Shown here: piece after piece, positions 48,082 to 58,588 of the stretch
Layout of the letters: each line of letters starts with the position of its first letter
Position numbering within the stretch: the stretch's first letter is position 1
Source: an uncultured Ruminococcus sp.
GTDB lineage: Bacteria; Bacillota; Clostridia; Oscillospirales; CAG-382
Reading direction: 5' to 3'
Length of the DNA: 64,000 nt
Assembly: GCA_964650045.1 (NCBI GenBank)
Contig: CAZYRT010000006.1
Span: 3,576-67,575, forward strand
Position numbers and translations under genes: made by a program
The notes under the pieces: model-generated
The model's input: the letters and a program-made list of their open reading frames with translations, nothing else
Told to the model about the DNA's origin: nothing
The model's database searches: none

Positions 48082-51014
48082 TATACACCCTCCCATGTTA
48101 TTGCTTCGCCATTTGCAGTAACTTTTACATATCCGTTAACAGGAACAACGATATCTGTACCTTCAACAGAATATGCCTTCTCGCCATAGTTTACATAGAA
48201 TACAACATCGTTATAGTATGTAACTTTAGCAACCTTGCCGTCTTCAGAAAGAATTTCATGCTTTCTGATTGCAGAGTATTTAACATCAGTCAAAGCATCA
48301 TTTACTGCGTTATATGCAGCAATGATATCATCCTTCCAGATATTATAACGTACAGAATAATACTTGTCAACTGCAGTATACTGATACTGTTTAAGCTCAG
48401 AAGTATTATTAGCAGCAATTACAAAATAGGGAGAAGCGCCGCTTTCAATAGTCTTAAGCAAATAGTAATCGTAGTCACCTGCAAGGTTAAGAGCGTTACC
48501 TGCATATTCTTTATATCCATGCAATACCATGCTCATGAAGGGTACGGTTGCATAGGAGTAAAGCAATCTGGAGTCATCCAACGGAACTTCAAGAATATCG
48601 GTAGCATAAGGCAAGGTATACTTATTACCTGCGGTAACAAGAAGTTTGTTATTACCATTATTCTTGATTTTTTCAAGCAATTGAACTATAAGTTCCTTAG
48701 AATCTTCTCTTGAAAGAGGATTATCAGGATCAAAGTCAGAAGAAAGATATTTGCCAAGTGTACCTACAGAAATGGCACCTACATTGAATTTGCTGTAATC
48801 TTCATTAGCAGAATCATAAAGCTCATTCATAAAGGAAGGAGAAATGATACCTTCACCCGTTTTAATAAATGACTGAGTGGCAGGATCGTAATCTTGTCTT
48901 ACAGAAGGACGTTCATCAATGGACTCAGACAAATCTTCATAAGTGTCGAATCCGTCGAATGTACCGTCGTTGTAAGCAAGAGAAAGCTCAATATCAGGGA
49001 AAATGGTAAAACCGTTTTGATTTGCATAATCAATAAGCTGTTTGAAGCCTTCTTCCCCACCGAGAACCTTTTCAACATCAATCGAGGTAGCAATATCGGG
49101 CATCAAGCCATCATTATACCAGCCCTGCATCTTAACCTTGATATTAGTAATGCTATCTTCGCCGTTGTCTTTAAGACCGCTAAGAATATCAATTGTATCC
49201 TGGAAAGATGTAAGAGCGATTGTAGAAAGTACAGGAACACCAAGTATAGACTTTGTTGTTTCAAGAGCACCAAGTGTTTCAAGATAGAGAGGAACATTAG
49301 CATCACCGCTATTATCTATCTCTGTAAGTACTCCGGTATTTTTAAGATATTCTCTATACGCAGCCGCCATATCGGAATATGATTTATCAGCATCGTAAAG
49401 AGCAGTAGCTTCATCTCCGTCTTCAGTACCGTCCAAAATGAACAATCTTAACTTGAAGTCACCGGTATACTTACGTTTGGACTCAACAGTCCACATCGCG
49501 TTAGTACCTACCGAAAGACCGCCGTCGAGTACATAGGAGTCCTTAGGACGGGGGTTGAAGGAAGTGTATATAGATGCATAGTTGTGAACAGGACCACCGT
49601 AGGAGATGTTGATCTTAGCAAGAGAGTCGCCCTCTTCAATAACTGCAAGATATGCAATTTCAAGAGGAACGTCAACAAGAACAGTTTCAGTCACAACATT
49701 GCCGTCTTCATCGTAAACGGGTTGACCGTTTTCATCAAGAACTTCCTTCACTTCTTCCTTCTTGCTATCCTTTTCAACACGCTGGTATACGCCGAATACA
49801 GGAAGTCTTGCAACTTCGCTATTTGCACCGGTAATTGTATGATAAGCATAGTCCTGACCGTACAGGCTGCTTGTATTAGTGAACTGTCCGGAAAGGTCAT
49901 CAAAGGAAATCAAGGACCCCGAACCATCGGGAGAGAAAATATAACCTGAGTTATTAACGTCACCTGCTCCGCCGTAAGGAAGAACAAGCACGTCGGAAAG
50001 CTTATAAACAGAGGAGTCGAATCTGATGTTACCAGCATTACATCTTATAGTGATCTGTTCGCCGTCAACCTTATATTCAAGAGCAAGTTTGAACAAAGGA
50101 GGAACATCGTCAGATGCAACATAATCTGTTTCAGAGTGGTCAGCTTCGAGAGTATCGTAATCGTAATCCGTGTAGGTCTTTACGTACTTTTCAAGCTTCA
50201 AAAGCTCCTGAGAGGAAATTGTAGGTTCACAAACATATATCGCAAATTGCTTTGTGATAGGATAGTTTGTTTCCATTTCCTTTTTACTCTTATCAGAAAG
50301 AGTAGAAGAATTCAAGTCATTCAAAACATAGAATGCCTTAAATCTTTCAGCAAGATATGCAGAGCCTTCAGAAATTTGAGTGTAAAGAGCATCGAATTTT
50401 TCGGCTCTAATTACACGAGGAACAAGATATGTTACCTGCTCACGACCGATGGTATATTCTACACGAACACCACCGCGGATATTCTTTACGGTAATCTGCT
50501 GTCTTGCAGCAGCATCTGCAAAGGAACTCATCTGAGAATCTTTATCACTCTTAGAATATTTAATTATGATCTGGGAAAGCAATTTCTGCTTTTCAGATGC
50601 ATCAGTTCCCTGTGTTTGGTTTTTTGCACGAGCAGCACCCGCGTTGTAAGGATTAGTGCAATAGAACGCGGTATATTCAGGAATAGAACCGCTTTCGACA
50701 ATATCTTCTTTTGTTAATGTCTTATCTTTAAGGACGAGGAAAATCATTTCACCTGTGAGAGTATCACCGTAAAATGCATATCCATCAATAACAGTCAAAA
50801 GATCCATAGGTTCGATTTCACCGCTGCCAAGAATACGTTCCTTAACAGAACTAAAAGCTGTATTCATGTAAGCAGGTTTAACAGTAGCTTCCCAAATATC
50901 ATCCCATGTGACCTCGTCATCATCTGCAGCAGATGCCATCAAACCGGTCATTGAGGAAAACAGCATGAATGCACAGAGAGTGAGTGCAAGCAACTTAATA
51001 AATTTATTTTTCAT
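48081..51014 (-). CDS. Large secreted protein (~977 aa) of unknown function (possibly DUF5696-like)
   Basis: The signal peptide is MKNKFIKLLALTLCAFMLFSSMTGLMASA. I found no recognisable catalytic motif. The C-terminal half has an alternating strand/helix pattern. Start ATG 51014 is preferred over GTG 51026. Confidence 0.7.
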   Translation of the reverse strand: MKNKFIKLLALTLCAFMLFSSMTGLMASAADDDEVTWDDIWEATVKPAYMNTAFSSVKERILGSGEIEPMDLLTVIDGYAFYGDTLTGEMIFLVLKDKTLTKEDIVESGSIPEYTAFYCTNPYNAGAARAKNQTQGTDASEKQKLLSQIIIKYSKSDKDSQMSSFADAAARQQITVKNIRGGVRVEYTIGREQVTYLVPRVIRAEKFDALYTQISEGSAYLAERFKAFYVLNDLNSSTLSDKSKKEMETNYPITKQFAIYVCEPTISSQELLKLEKYVKTYTDYDYDTLEADHSETDYVASDDVPPLFKLALEYKVDGEQITIRCNAGNIRFDSSVYKLSDVLVLPYGGAGDVNNSGYIFSPDGSGSLISFDDLSGQFTNTSSLYGQDYAYHTITGANSEVARLPVFGVYQRVEKDSKKEEVKEVLDENGQPVYDEDGNVVTETVLVDVPLEIAYLAVIEEGDSLAKINISYGGPVHNYASIYTSFNPRPKDSYVLDGGLSVGTNAMWTVESKRKYTGDFKLRLFILDGTEDGDEATALYDADKSYSDMAAAYREYLKNTGVLTEIDNSGDANVPLYLETLGALETTKSILGVPVLSTIALTSFQDTIDILSGLKDNGEDSITNIKVKMQGWYNDGLMPDIATSIDVEKVLGGEEGFKQLIDYANQNGFTIFPDIELSLAYNDGTFDGFDTYEDLSESIDERPSVRQDYDPATQSFIKTGEGIISPSFMNELYDSANEDYSKFNVGAISVGTLGKYLSSDFDPDNPLSREDSKELIVQLLEKIKNNGNNKLLVTAGNKYTLPYATDILEVPLDDSRLLYSYATVPFMSMVLHGYKEYAGNALNLAGDYDYYLLKTIESGASPYFVIAANNTSELKQYQYTAVDKYYSVRYNIWKDDIIAAYNAVNDALTDVKYSAIRKHEILSEDGKVAKVTYYNDVVFYVNYGEKAYSVEGTDIVVPVNGYVKVTANGEAITWEGV

Positions 51015-51035
51015 AATTCTATACACTCCTTTCTA

Positions 51036-53228
51036 TTACCATCGCTGTGATAGCTCAACATAAATCTGGTTGAAGAATGCAACAACTCTCATAATAAGAG
51101 TGGAGAACAGTCCAGCCAAGAAGATTATAAATGCCACGCCTACGATTGAAACAATTGTAGTGATTACATTCTTGCCGAGAGTATAATCGTGTGTAACCAT
51201 CATTCCGCAGAATACAAGCAGGAACAACCAAACAAATGCAAAACTTTCAATCATACTAACTAATTCAAGCTCGGTGATTGTCAAGAAATTAGAAATCAAA
51301 ACCGAAGGAATTATAAGCATGGGAAGAGGAACAAGAGAATAACAGGTTGCTATGAAAACATCCTTAAGGCTGCCTTCGCCCTCGAAAAGTGTGGTAATAC
51401 ACCAGTTAGCGATTACCCACAAAACAACAGGTGCAAGAATAGATACAGCAGACATGAAGAAGGATGTTGTGTTACCCTGAGGATTGGACAAATAGCCCTT
51501 GCCCACAGACTGATATACAAATGTTACAGCAGTAACAGCAAGCCAGAAAACCGCACCGCGAATTGAACCGCGTTTTTCGTGCTTCAAATCCCAGAAACCA
51601 TCAAACGGATGGAAAATTATATGGAAACCATAAAGAATTTCCTCCGCGAAGGTTCTGTTATCCTTCATTTTTTGTCCTGCTTTGTTTACTTTATTTGCGT
51701 AGCCAAAGAATTTCATCAATCCAAAGATAACAGCAAAGAGTACAACAGGAATTACCCAAAGGTATTTTTCCATCCATTCTTTACGGTAGGATTGGAACGC
51801 CTCAGAATAGTCTTCAGTATTGTAAGCATACTTATAATACTTCATAGCCTGATCGTACTTACCGTCACGATACAAGCTGTCTGCTATTCCTACATATGCA
51901 GCATCATAGTTGTTATTACGCTGAAGAATGCTTACATAATAGTTAACTGCGAGGTCATACTGCTTATCTTCAGTATTTTGAATAGCCGCAGCAAGCAAAT
52001 CACCATAACCTGTACGCTTTAAAACAGTAATGGAATTATTAGCTCTATCAAGCAAAAGCATGTTAGTATCTTGATAGTCAATAGCAACAAGGTTAGCTAT
52101 ATTACCAAGCTGAGTACCCTTATCACCGAAGGCAAAGAGAAGATTACCTGCGGAATCATAAGTGAATACCCTACTGCGATTATTATCGATGATACTCCAA
52201 GTATTGTTCGGACCGAGAGCAACGTCAACGATAGAAGAAGGACCGCCTTCGGAATCGGAACCGACAGTAGTACCCATATCGATCTCACCGATAGGAGCCC
52301 AGAAGCCGTTTCTTACCATGACGTCAGTACCGTTGGGATTAAGCTTCTTAACAGGAGCATATTCGCCTGTCTTATCTTCGGCACTGATAGAAGAAAGAAT
52401 AGCTTCAGCATTTGTAGTTACATAAATAAAACCGTCTTTATCAATACAAAGATTATTAAATTCGGTTGAAACGTTAGATTCACTGGCTGCTCTCTGTTCA
52501 GCTGTTTGGAAAAGTCTAAGGAAGTATTCCAAAGCATCGTAAGTAACCTTTTGAGGACCAATAAATCCGTTAAATGAACCGTCACGGTTAATGGAAATTA
52601 CACCGTAGTTGGTTGTGGAAGATACAACATAAATACGGCCTGCCTTGTCAACCGCCAAAGCAACAGGAGTATAAATGCTGTTTTCAGGAAGAATTTCACT
52701 TGCAGGCTCGGGAACAATATCAACAAAGTTACCAAGCTTATCAAAAATTACAATTCTTGAATTGTTAGTATCAGCAACATAAATTTCAGTATCGGTAACA
52801 AAGACGCCGTTAGGAGCACTCAAGCTATCGGGTACACCAAATTTATTTGTAAAACTATCAATTACGAGACGAATATTAAACTCTTCATCAGTAACAACGA
52901 TCTCGTTGTTATTTGTGTTTGCGATATAAACATGACCAAGATCATCTACAAAGATATCCTTAGGCATATTCAATCCTGTGAAAGCACCGGTATTAGCATA
53001 ACGAAGCTTTGCATTATCGCTTGCGCCGCCATCGGGCTCCAATGAAGCCAAAAGTGTAGCACTATCGATAATCTTAACAGGAGTATACGCATCAGGGCTA
53101 CGCATCATAAGCCCATCAACGCCGTAGGTATATGTAGTATAAGGTGTAATCGCGCTTGCGGAGATAGTGCCAACCAGCATTATCAAAACAAGACCGACAA
53201 GCAGCACTTTTGTGATTTTGCTTTTCAT
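51036..53228 (-). CDS. Fusion protein: signal peptide, NHL-repeat beta-propeller, TPR-like segment and C-terminal Yip1-type polytopic membrane domain
   Basis: NHL-like repeats include HVYIANTNNNEIVV, IYVADTNNSRIVIFD and RIYVVSS. The TPR-like segment is YDAAYVGIADSLYRDGKYDQAMKYYKYAY. About 6 C-terminal hydrophobic helices are present. A GGGGGAAG RBS is present. Confidence 0.75.
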   Translation of the reverse strand: MKSKITKVLLVGLVLIMLVGTISASAITPYTTYTYGVDGLMMRSPDAYTPVKIIDSATLLASLEPDGGASDNAKLRYANTGAFTGLNMPKDIFVDDLGHVYIANTNNNEIVVTDEEFNIRLVIDSFTNKFGVPDSLSAPNGVFVTDTEIYVADTNNSRIVIFDKLGNFVDIVPEPASEILPENSIYTPVALAVDKAGRIYVVSSTTNYGVISINRDGSFNGFIGPQKVTYDALEYFLRLFQTAEQRAASESNVSTEFNNLCIDKDGFIYVTTNAEAILSSISAEDKTGEYAPVKKLNPNGTDVMVRNGFWAPIGEIDMGTTVGSDSEGGPSSIVDVALGPNNTWSIIDNNRSRVFTYDSAGNLLFAFGDKGTQLGNIANLVAIDYQDTNMLLLDRANNSITVLKRTGYGDLLAAAIQNTEDKQYDLAVNYYVSILQRNNNYDAAYVGIADSLYRDGKYDQAMKYYKYAYNTEDYSEAFQSYRKEWMEKYLWVIPVVLFAVIFGLMKFFGYANKVNKAGQKMKDNRTFAEEILYGFHIIFHPFDGFWDLKHEKRGSIRGAVFWLAVTAVTFVYQSVGKGYLSNPQGNTTSFFMSAVSILAPVVLWVIANWCITTLFEGEGSLKDVFIATCYSLVPLPMLIIPSVLISNFLTITELELVSMIESFAFVWLFLLVFCGMMVTHDYTLGKNVITTIVSIVGVAFIIFLAGLFSTLIMRVVAFFNQIYVELSQRW

Positions 53229-53239
53229 ACACTTCCCCC

Positions 53240-54157
53240 TTAATCCTTCATACCGGATGCAGACATTGTAGTAATAACGTTACTCTGAGTTACTACGAAT
53301 ACCAAAATCGGTACTATCATCATTACAACGGTAGATGCGGCAGATACACCGGAACGTGCAATACCTGCAGTTACCAACTGGCTGATCGCATAGTTGAAGG
53401 TTTTGAGCTGTTCACTATAAATGTAGAGGTTTGCACCCATGTGCCACAAATCTTTAAATACGAAGATTATAAGAGTGATCCATGCGGGTTTAACCATTGG
53501 CATCGCAATCTTCCAGAAGATAAGGTTTTCGCCGGCGCCTTCAAGACGAGCACTTTCAAGAACGGAATCGTTTACAGAAGTTTCCATAAACTGTTTCATC
53601 AAGTAAAGACCGAAGGTGTAGCACCATGCAGGAACAATTACTGCCAAGTAGCTGTCAACCCAACCGAGAGCTGACATAGTGATAAAGTTTGTAATACCGG
53701 TAACAGTAGAGTTAAACATCAAAGAATAAACAACTACCGAAAACAGGAATTGTCTACCGGGGAACTTAATCTTCGCCAATGCATACGCTGCATAAGAAGC
53801 CAAGATAACGTTACCAAAGGTACCCATACCGGAAATAAATACAGTATTGAATATGTATCTGGAGAAAGGTACCCATGATTCGTTCATAAGGTTGAACAAA
53901 TCTTTAAAGTTTTTAAACGTAGGATTTACCACGAAGAAACGCGGAGGAAATACAAACAATTCATCAAGGGGCTTCAAAGATTGGCAAATAGAATATACCA
54001 AAGGCAAAACCATTATTACAGCAATAATCGCCAACATAATGAAGATACCAACATCGCCGCCCTTGGAACGGTTAATTGAACGGGTAAACTGAGTTTTGTT
54101 TTGAAGTCTCTTATTGCGGTAGCGAACGTATTTAGATTTTAATTCAGCAAAATTCAT
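53240..54157 (-). CDS. Carbohydrate-type ABC permease (MalG/UgpE-like)
   Basis: The EAA loop is ESARLEGAGENLIFWKIAMPMVKP and the protein has six TM helices. Confidence 0.9.
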   Translation of the reverse strand: MNFAELKSKYVRYRNKRLQNKTQFTRSINRSKGGDVGIFIMLAIIAVIMVLPLVYSICQSLKPLDELFVFPPRFFVVNPTFKNFKDLFNLMNESWVPFSRYIFNTVFISGMGTFGNVILASYAAYALAKIKFPGRQFLFSVVVYSLMFNSTVTGITNFITMSALGWVDSYLAVIVPAWCYTFGLYLMKQFMETSVNDSVLESARLEGAGENLIFWKIAMPMVKPAWITLIIFVFKDLWHMGANLYIYSEQLKTFNYAISQLVTAGIARSGVSAASTVVMMIVPILVFVVTQSNVITTMSASGMKD

Positions 54158-54158
54158 A

Positions 54159-55094
54159 TTACGTACCTACCTTTCTAAGCATTTTAGTAACAAGCATGTT
54201 AGCACCAATCATCAAGAAGAAGAGGATGGTAGCAATCGCGGAAGCATAGCCCATTTCAAAACGTGAGTTACCGTAGTCTTCCAAATGGTGCATTATTGTA
54301 TGAGCACAGTAGTTAGGGCTGGGGAAACCAACGAGGGCGGTAATTACAGCACCAAAACCAAAGGACTGTGTAATAGCAAGAATAGCACCGAGCATCATTT
54401 GAGGACGCATTGTAGGAAGCGTAATGTACCAAAGCTCTTGCCAACGGTTTTTAACACCGTCAACCGCTCCTGCTTCATAAAGGGACTTATCAACTACCTG
54501 GAAGCCTGCGATAAAGGTAAGGAACGAGGTACCGAGGGAGGTCCAAAGAGCAACTGCAATAATCAAGGGGAAAATGTATGTTTCATCTTGGAACCAAAGA
54601 ACAGGTTCAGTGAGCAATCCCAACTTCTTACCCCACGCATTAACGAACCCATATTGGTCAGAGGAAAATAAAATGGTCCAAATGAGGTAAACGTTACCGG
54701 AGATCGAAGGAGCATAGAACATAAGTGTCGCAACAGCTCTTACCTTAGGACGAAGTTCATTGATGAACCATGCAAAAAGCATGGACAACAGATAAGAACC
54801 GGGACCTGTGATCATAGAAAACTTAAAGGTATTAAGAATAGCGGTGATAAAGATATCGTCATCCAAGAGAAGTCTGATATAGTTATCCATGAAAATGAAA
54901 TCAGGCCATTCCAAAAGGTTGAAAGAGGTAAAGCTAAGAATAAAGGAAAGTACAACAGGAAGAACAGTAAAGGTGAAGAAAATCAAGAAGAAAGGAAAGA
55001 CCATGAAATAGCCTGCCTTGTTTTTCTTCATTTCGTTTATAGTCCACTGGAAGCGAGTCATATCACTTCTGATGACAGCTTTTTCTTTTGCCAT
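54159..55094 (-). CDS. Carbohydrate-type ABC permease (MalF/UgpA-like)
   Basis: The EAA loop is YEAGAVDGVKNRWQELWYITLPTMRP. Its ATG overlaps the SBP stop (TAATG). Confidence 0.9.
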   Translation of the reverse strand: MAKEKAVIRSDMTRFQWTINEMKKNKAGYFMVFPFFLIFFTFTVLPVVLSFILSFTSFNLLEWPDFIFMDNYIRLLLDDDIFITAILNTFKFSMITGPGSYLLSMLFAWFINELRPKVRAVATLMFYAPSISGNVYLIWTILFSSDQYGFVNAWGKKLGLLTEPVLWFQDETYIFPLIIAVALWTSLGTSFLTFIAGFQVVDKSLYEAGAVDGVKNRWQELWYITLPTMRPQMMLGAILAITQSFGFGAVITALVGFPSPNYCAHTIMHHLEDYGNSRFEMGYASAIATILFFLMIGANMLVTKMLRKVGT

Positions 55095-58000
55095 TATTCA
55101 TTACCTCCCTTCTCCCAATTAGGATATTTCTCTTCTACAACAGACTCCATATCTTTAATATCATCCGATGTAGGCAGCCCAAACTCTTCTCTCTTGCGCG
55201 AGAGTTCAACATTAATGTCGGTAATTTGTGACTGAAGTTCTTCGACAGGTTCAGCATCCTTGTTAATAACATCGAGGAACGCAAAGCTTGTATGACGTGA
55301 TGTGATGTAACTTCCGGGGTATTCGGGAGTACAAGCAACTGCCTTAAACTGAGAGAACAAATTGTTGTATTCATCTGTAGACCAAGCCATATTTGCAAGA
55401 GCTTCAATGTTTGCGGTAGGCTGCTTAGCGGAAGGACCGAGAAGAGCAACCATTTCATTACCGTAAGCACTTTGAATCTCAGAGCTGAGATACCATTGCA
55501 TAAATGCCCATGAACCAAATGCAGCTACAGGATCATCACTTACGGAATTCATCATCATAATCGCGGATACCGCACCAATGGTAACGTTATTGATTTCCTG
55601 AGTAAGCTCATCAGCAGTACCGGGAAGAGGTGTAAATTCCCAAAGACCATTGATTTCGGGGGCGAATACGATAAGAGTATTGTAAGAAGTATAGTCAGCG
55701 ATCGCCAAGGGCATTTCACCTGAACGGAAACGGTTTGCAAAATCGTATACTGTGGGGAAACTGTACATTGTAAAGAATTGGCATACATCCTTAAATGTAG
55801 CAAGAGCAATATCCGAATCGAGGTTAATCGTCATACCGTCTGTCTTAGGTCTAACATTACCCTCATCATCAAGATATGTCCATCCCTTAGCCGCAATCTG
55901 TGCATCAACCTCTGCAAGCTGCTCGTCGGATATATTACTATAGTCACCTTCATAATAATATCTACGGAAAAGTTCCATATAGTAATCATAATCACCTTGG
56001 TCATACAAAGGTTCATCCTGCTGATACATCATAATGATAGAACCGCCTGTACCCTGAGGGAAACCGATTTCCAACGCGTTGGATTGCAAAGAATAGATTA
56101 TATCGTAAAAGTCATCCCATGTATTAGGAATTTCGACACCCAACTCAACAAAAATATCTTTACGATAGAACATCATCGAGAAGGACATTGTTGCAGGCAA
56201 AGCATAAGTCTCACCATACAATGTCAAAGGAACGAGAGCTTGTTCAGCAAACCAACCGGTTTCCTTATCGGTAATCTCGTCAAAGCTCTTTACAGTACCG
56301 TTTTGGATAAGCTTGCTAAATTGAGGATATTTAGCTTCGTCATTCCAAATAGAAGATTCGAGATCGCTAAAGTCGTATCCTATAGAAGTATCGCCTGTCT
56401 TAGTATTAAGAGAAAGAACAGCGGAACGAATAGCATAGTTAACAGGATCCCCCTGTGCAGCGCCCATATATACATCGGGACCTGTTCCGGAAAGTGTAGC
56501 AGGAAGCAATGTACCACCGGCAACAAGCTTAATGTTCACTTTAATACCGGGATGGTTGGGAGCAAAATTATCGTCAACCAAAGTTCTCAAAATTTGAGCC
56601 TGGTCACGAGAAGTCGCAGTCCACACTTCAACAGCAACATTAGAAGTATCGTCCCCTTGTGTTGTTGCACCAAGGTTGTTATAGTCGCTGAAGAAAGACT
56701 GATAGAACTTCTGGATTTCATACCACAAACCTCCCCAGAAACCGGGTTCAGCCTGAGGTGCTTCCGATTGAACAGCCTGAATGCTGATATAGTCAATATC
56801 AAGAGGCTGGTTCTGTGTATCGGAAAGCCAAGAACCGAGAGACGCGCTATAGTCCTTAAGTGTTGTCATATTTGCTGCGATTTCGTCAGGAAGAGTACCC
56901 ATACGCTCACAAATAAGCGCAACACGGTCAAGAGTTGTTGAATGTTCACCCTTTTCACCTACAAGTTCAGTGAGAAGGTTAGACACACGGTAAAGCTGTT
57001 CGGATTCATATTTCAATCCGTTAAGAACATCAGGAATAAGCTTATCAAAGCTATAGTCACGGTATTCATCAGCATCAGGACCGGTGATCATAAGTATTTT
57101 TCTATAGTAGCCGTTTATAGCAGAAAGAGAGTTTTCAACGGTACTGAGAACTTCAGACATGTCACCAAGAACAACTTCGAATCTAATGATGTTTTCACCT
57201 TCTTTAAGATAGAACTTAAAGTCTGTGGTGCCATCGTTCAAAGGCTTGGTCTGCCAATCCGCAGAATAATTAAATCTCAAATTTCCTGCTTCAGCAAAAG
57301 GCAATTCACCGTTGATATAAATTTTTCTGGAAACATATATACCGGAATAATAGTTCTGTTGGCTCCTGGGAATAATAGAATAGAAACCTTCTTGAGGGAC
57401 ATTGACTTTCCATTCGATCCACTGACCAACATACTGCCATTTATCACCACCGATTTCATTGAGACGGATAAGTGCAGCATCCTGAGGTTCAGAATAACTG
57501 GAAGATCTGTCATTCAAAGCATAAATGGTATTGCCGGAAGTACAAATAGGATATTCAGCCTGAATCTTATAGCTTTCAGCACCAGTGTAATCAGTTACAC
57601 CCATGTTGGTATATTTCTGAACATACTGCTCATAGGAAACAGTTTCCTCAGCAGCAACAAGTTTGATGCTCTTGATAGCCATAGGCTCTCTTATAGATTG
57701 GAAGCTGATAGTGTGTGTACCTGCAGAAAAATAGAATGATAAAGGTTCGCTGTAATAACCTGTAGAGTCATACACGAATTTATCAAGCCATGTTTCAACA
57801 AGCACTTTGTCAGGTTTCAACTCATTCCCATTGGTATCCTTAAAGAAAAGACGATCGCTGTCTACGGCGAGATTAGCTTGGTCGGTAACGAACTGCTTGA
57901 ATTCATCACTGGTAGACAACAAGTAATCTTTTGTAACACCGTCTTCCTTATAAATATAGTTACCGTTCTCATCCGCACGAGAATAAGCATCTGCCCACAC

Positions 58001-58558
58001 TTTATCGAATTCAACCGAACGTGCTTCCTTATAAGGAACCAGTCCGTCGATAAGAACATATCTTTCAGCAGCAGACGATTTAGCAATGAGATTGTCTCCG
58101 TAATTAAAATCACCGGTGTAATATTCGACCTTAATGTTATATCTAACATCCTTTTCGAAGTTCACAGTCCAAGTAACAGTACTGTTGTCACCGCAAATGA
58201 GAACCGCGCCGTCACTACCACCGAGACCATCGGTAACAACCTCAATTGCGCCGGAAGACCAGATTCTATCTTCGTCTTCTTCGCTCAATTCGCCTTCGGG
58301 CTTAATGTCATAGTTGGTGATATCTATCTCCAGTTCTTCGCCCATCGGAACATTACCGTAAATGCTCATGTACTCGTCGTAAGTGGTAGCAGTAAGAACG
58401 CTCTCCACGTCTTCCAACGAAGTACGGTAAATGGACTCGTTGCCGTTGAAGTAATCACCCACAGCCGAAGCACTAATCCCGCCGAAGCTCGTCATTAAGA
58501 TCGAGAACAGCAGCAGATAAATGCAAAAACTTTTGGTTTTTCTCCTGTTTCCAGTCAT
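55094..58558 (-). CDS. Giant (1154 aa) extracellular solute-binding protein with a ~600-aa N-terminal extension containing CBM-like beta-sandwich modules
   Basis: The signal peptide is type I (..GGISASA) with no lipobox. N-terminal segments such as GQWIEWKVNVPQEGFYSIIP..IYINGE..LKEGENIIRFEV resemble CBM6/35-type modules. The C-terminal ~550 aa look like a family-1 SBP. An AGGAGG RBS is present. Confidence 0.8.
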   Translation of the reverse strand: MTGNRRKTKSFCIYLLLFSILMTSFGGISASAVGDYFNGNESIYRTSLEDVESVLTATTYDEYMSIYGNVPMGEELEIDITNYDIKPEGELSEEDEDRIWSSGAIEVVTDGLGGSDGAVLICGDNSTVTWTVNFEKDVRYNIKVEYYTGDFNYGDNLIAKSSAAERYVLIDGLVPYKEARSVEFDKVWADAYSRADENGNYIYKEDGVTKDYLLSTSDEFKQFVTDQANLAVDSDRLFFKDTNGNELKPDKVLVETWLDKFVYDSTGYYSEPLSFYFSAGTHTISFQSIREPMAIKSIKLVAAEETVSYEQYVQKYTNMGVTDYTGAESYKIQAEYPICTSGNTIYALNDRSSSYSEPQDAALIRLNEIGGDKWQYVGQWIEWKVNVPQEGFYSIIPRSQQNYYSGIYVSRKIYINGELPFAEAGNLRFNYSADWQTKPLNDGTTDFKFYLKEGENIIRFEVVLGDMSEVLSTVENSLSAINGYYRKILMITGPDADEYRDYSFDKLIPDVLNGLKYESEQLYRVSNLLTELVGEKGEHSTTLDRVALICERMGTLPDEIAANMTTLKDYSASLGSWLSDTQNQPLDIDYISIQAVQSEAPQAEPGFWGGLWYEIQKFYQSFFSDYNNLGATTQGDDTSNVAVEVWTATSRDQAQILRTLVDDNFAPNHPGIKVNIKLVAGGTLLPATLSGTGPDVYMGAAQGDPVNYAIRSAVLSLNTKTGDTSIGYDFSDLESSIWNDEAKYPQFSKLIQNGTVKSFDEITDKETGWFAEQALVPLTLYGETYALPATMSFSMMFYRKDIFVELGVEIPNTWDDFYDIIYSLQSNALEIGFPQGTGGSIIMMYQQDEPLYDQGDYDYYMELFRRYYYEGDYSNISDEQLAEVDAQIAAKGWTYLDDEGNVRPKTDGMTINLDSDIALATFKDVCQFFTMYSFPTVYDFANRFRSGEMPLAIADYTSYNTLIVFAPEINGLWEFTPLPGTADELTQEINNVTIGAVSAIMMMNSVSDDPVAAFGSWAFMQWYLSSEIQSAYGNEMVALLGPSAKQPTANIEALANMAWSTDEYNNLFSQFKAVACTPEYPGSYITSRHTSFAFLDVINKDAEPVEELQSQITDINVELSRKREEFGLPTSDDIKDMESVVEEKYPNWEKGGNE

Positions 58559-58588
58559 TTCGTTTCCTCCTAAGAGAGTGCTTAATGA

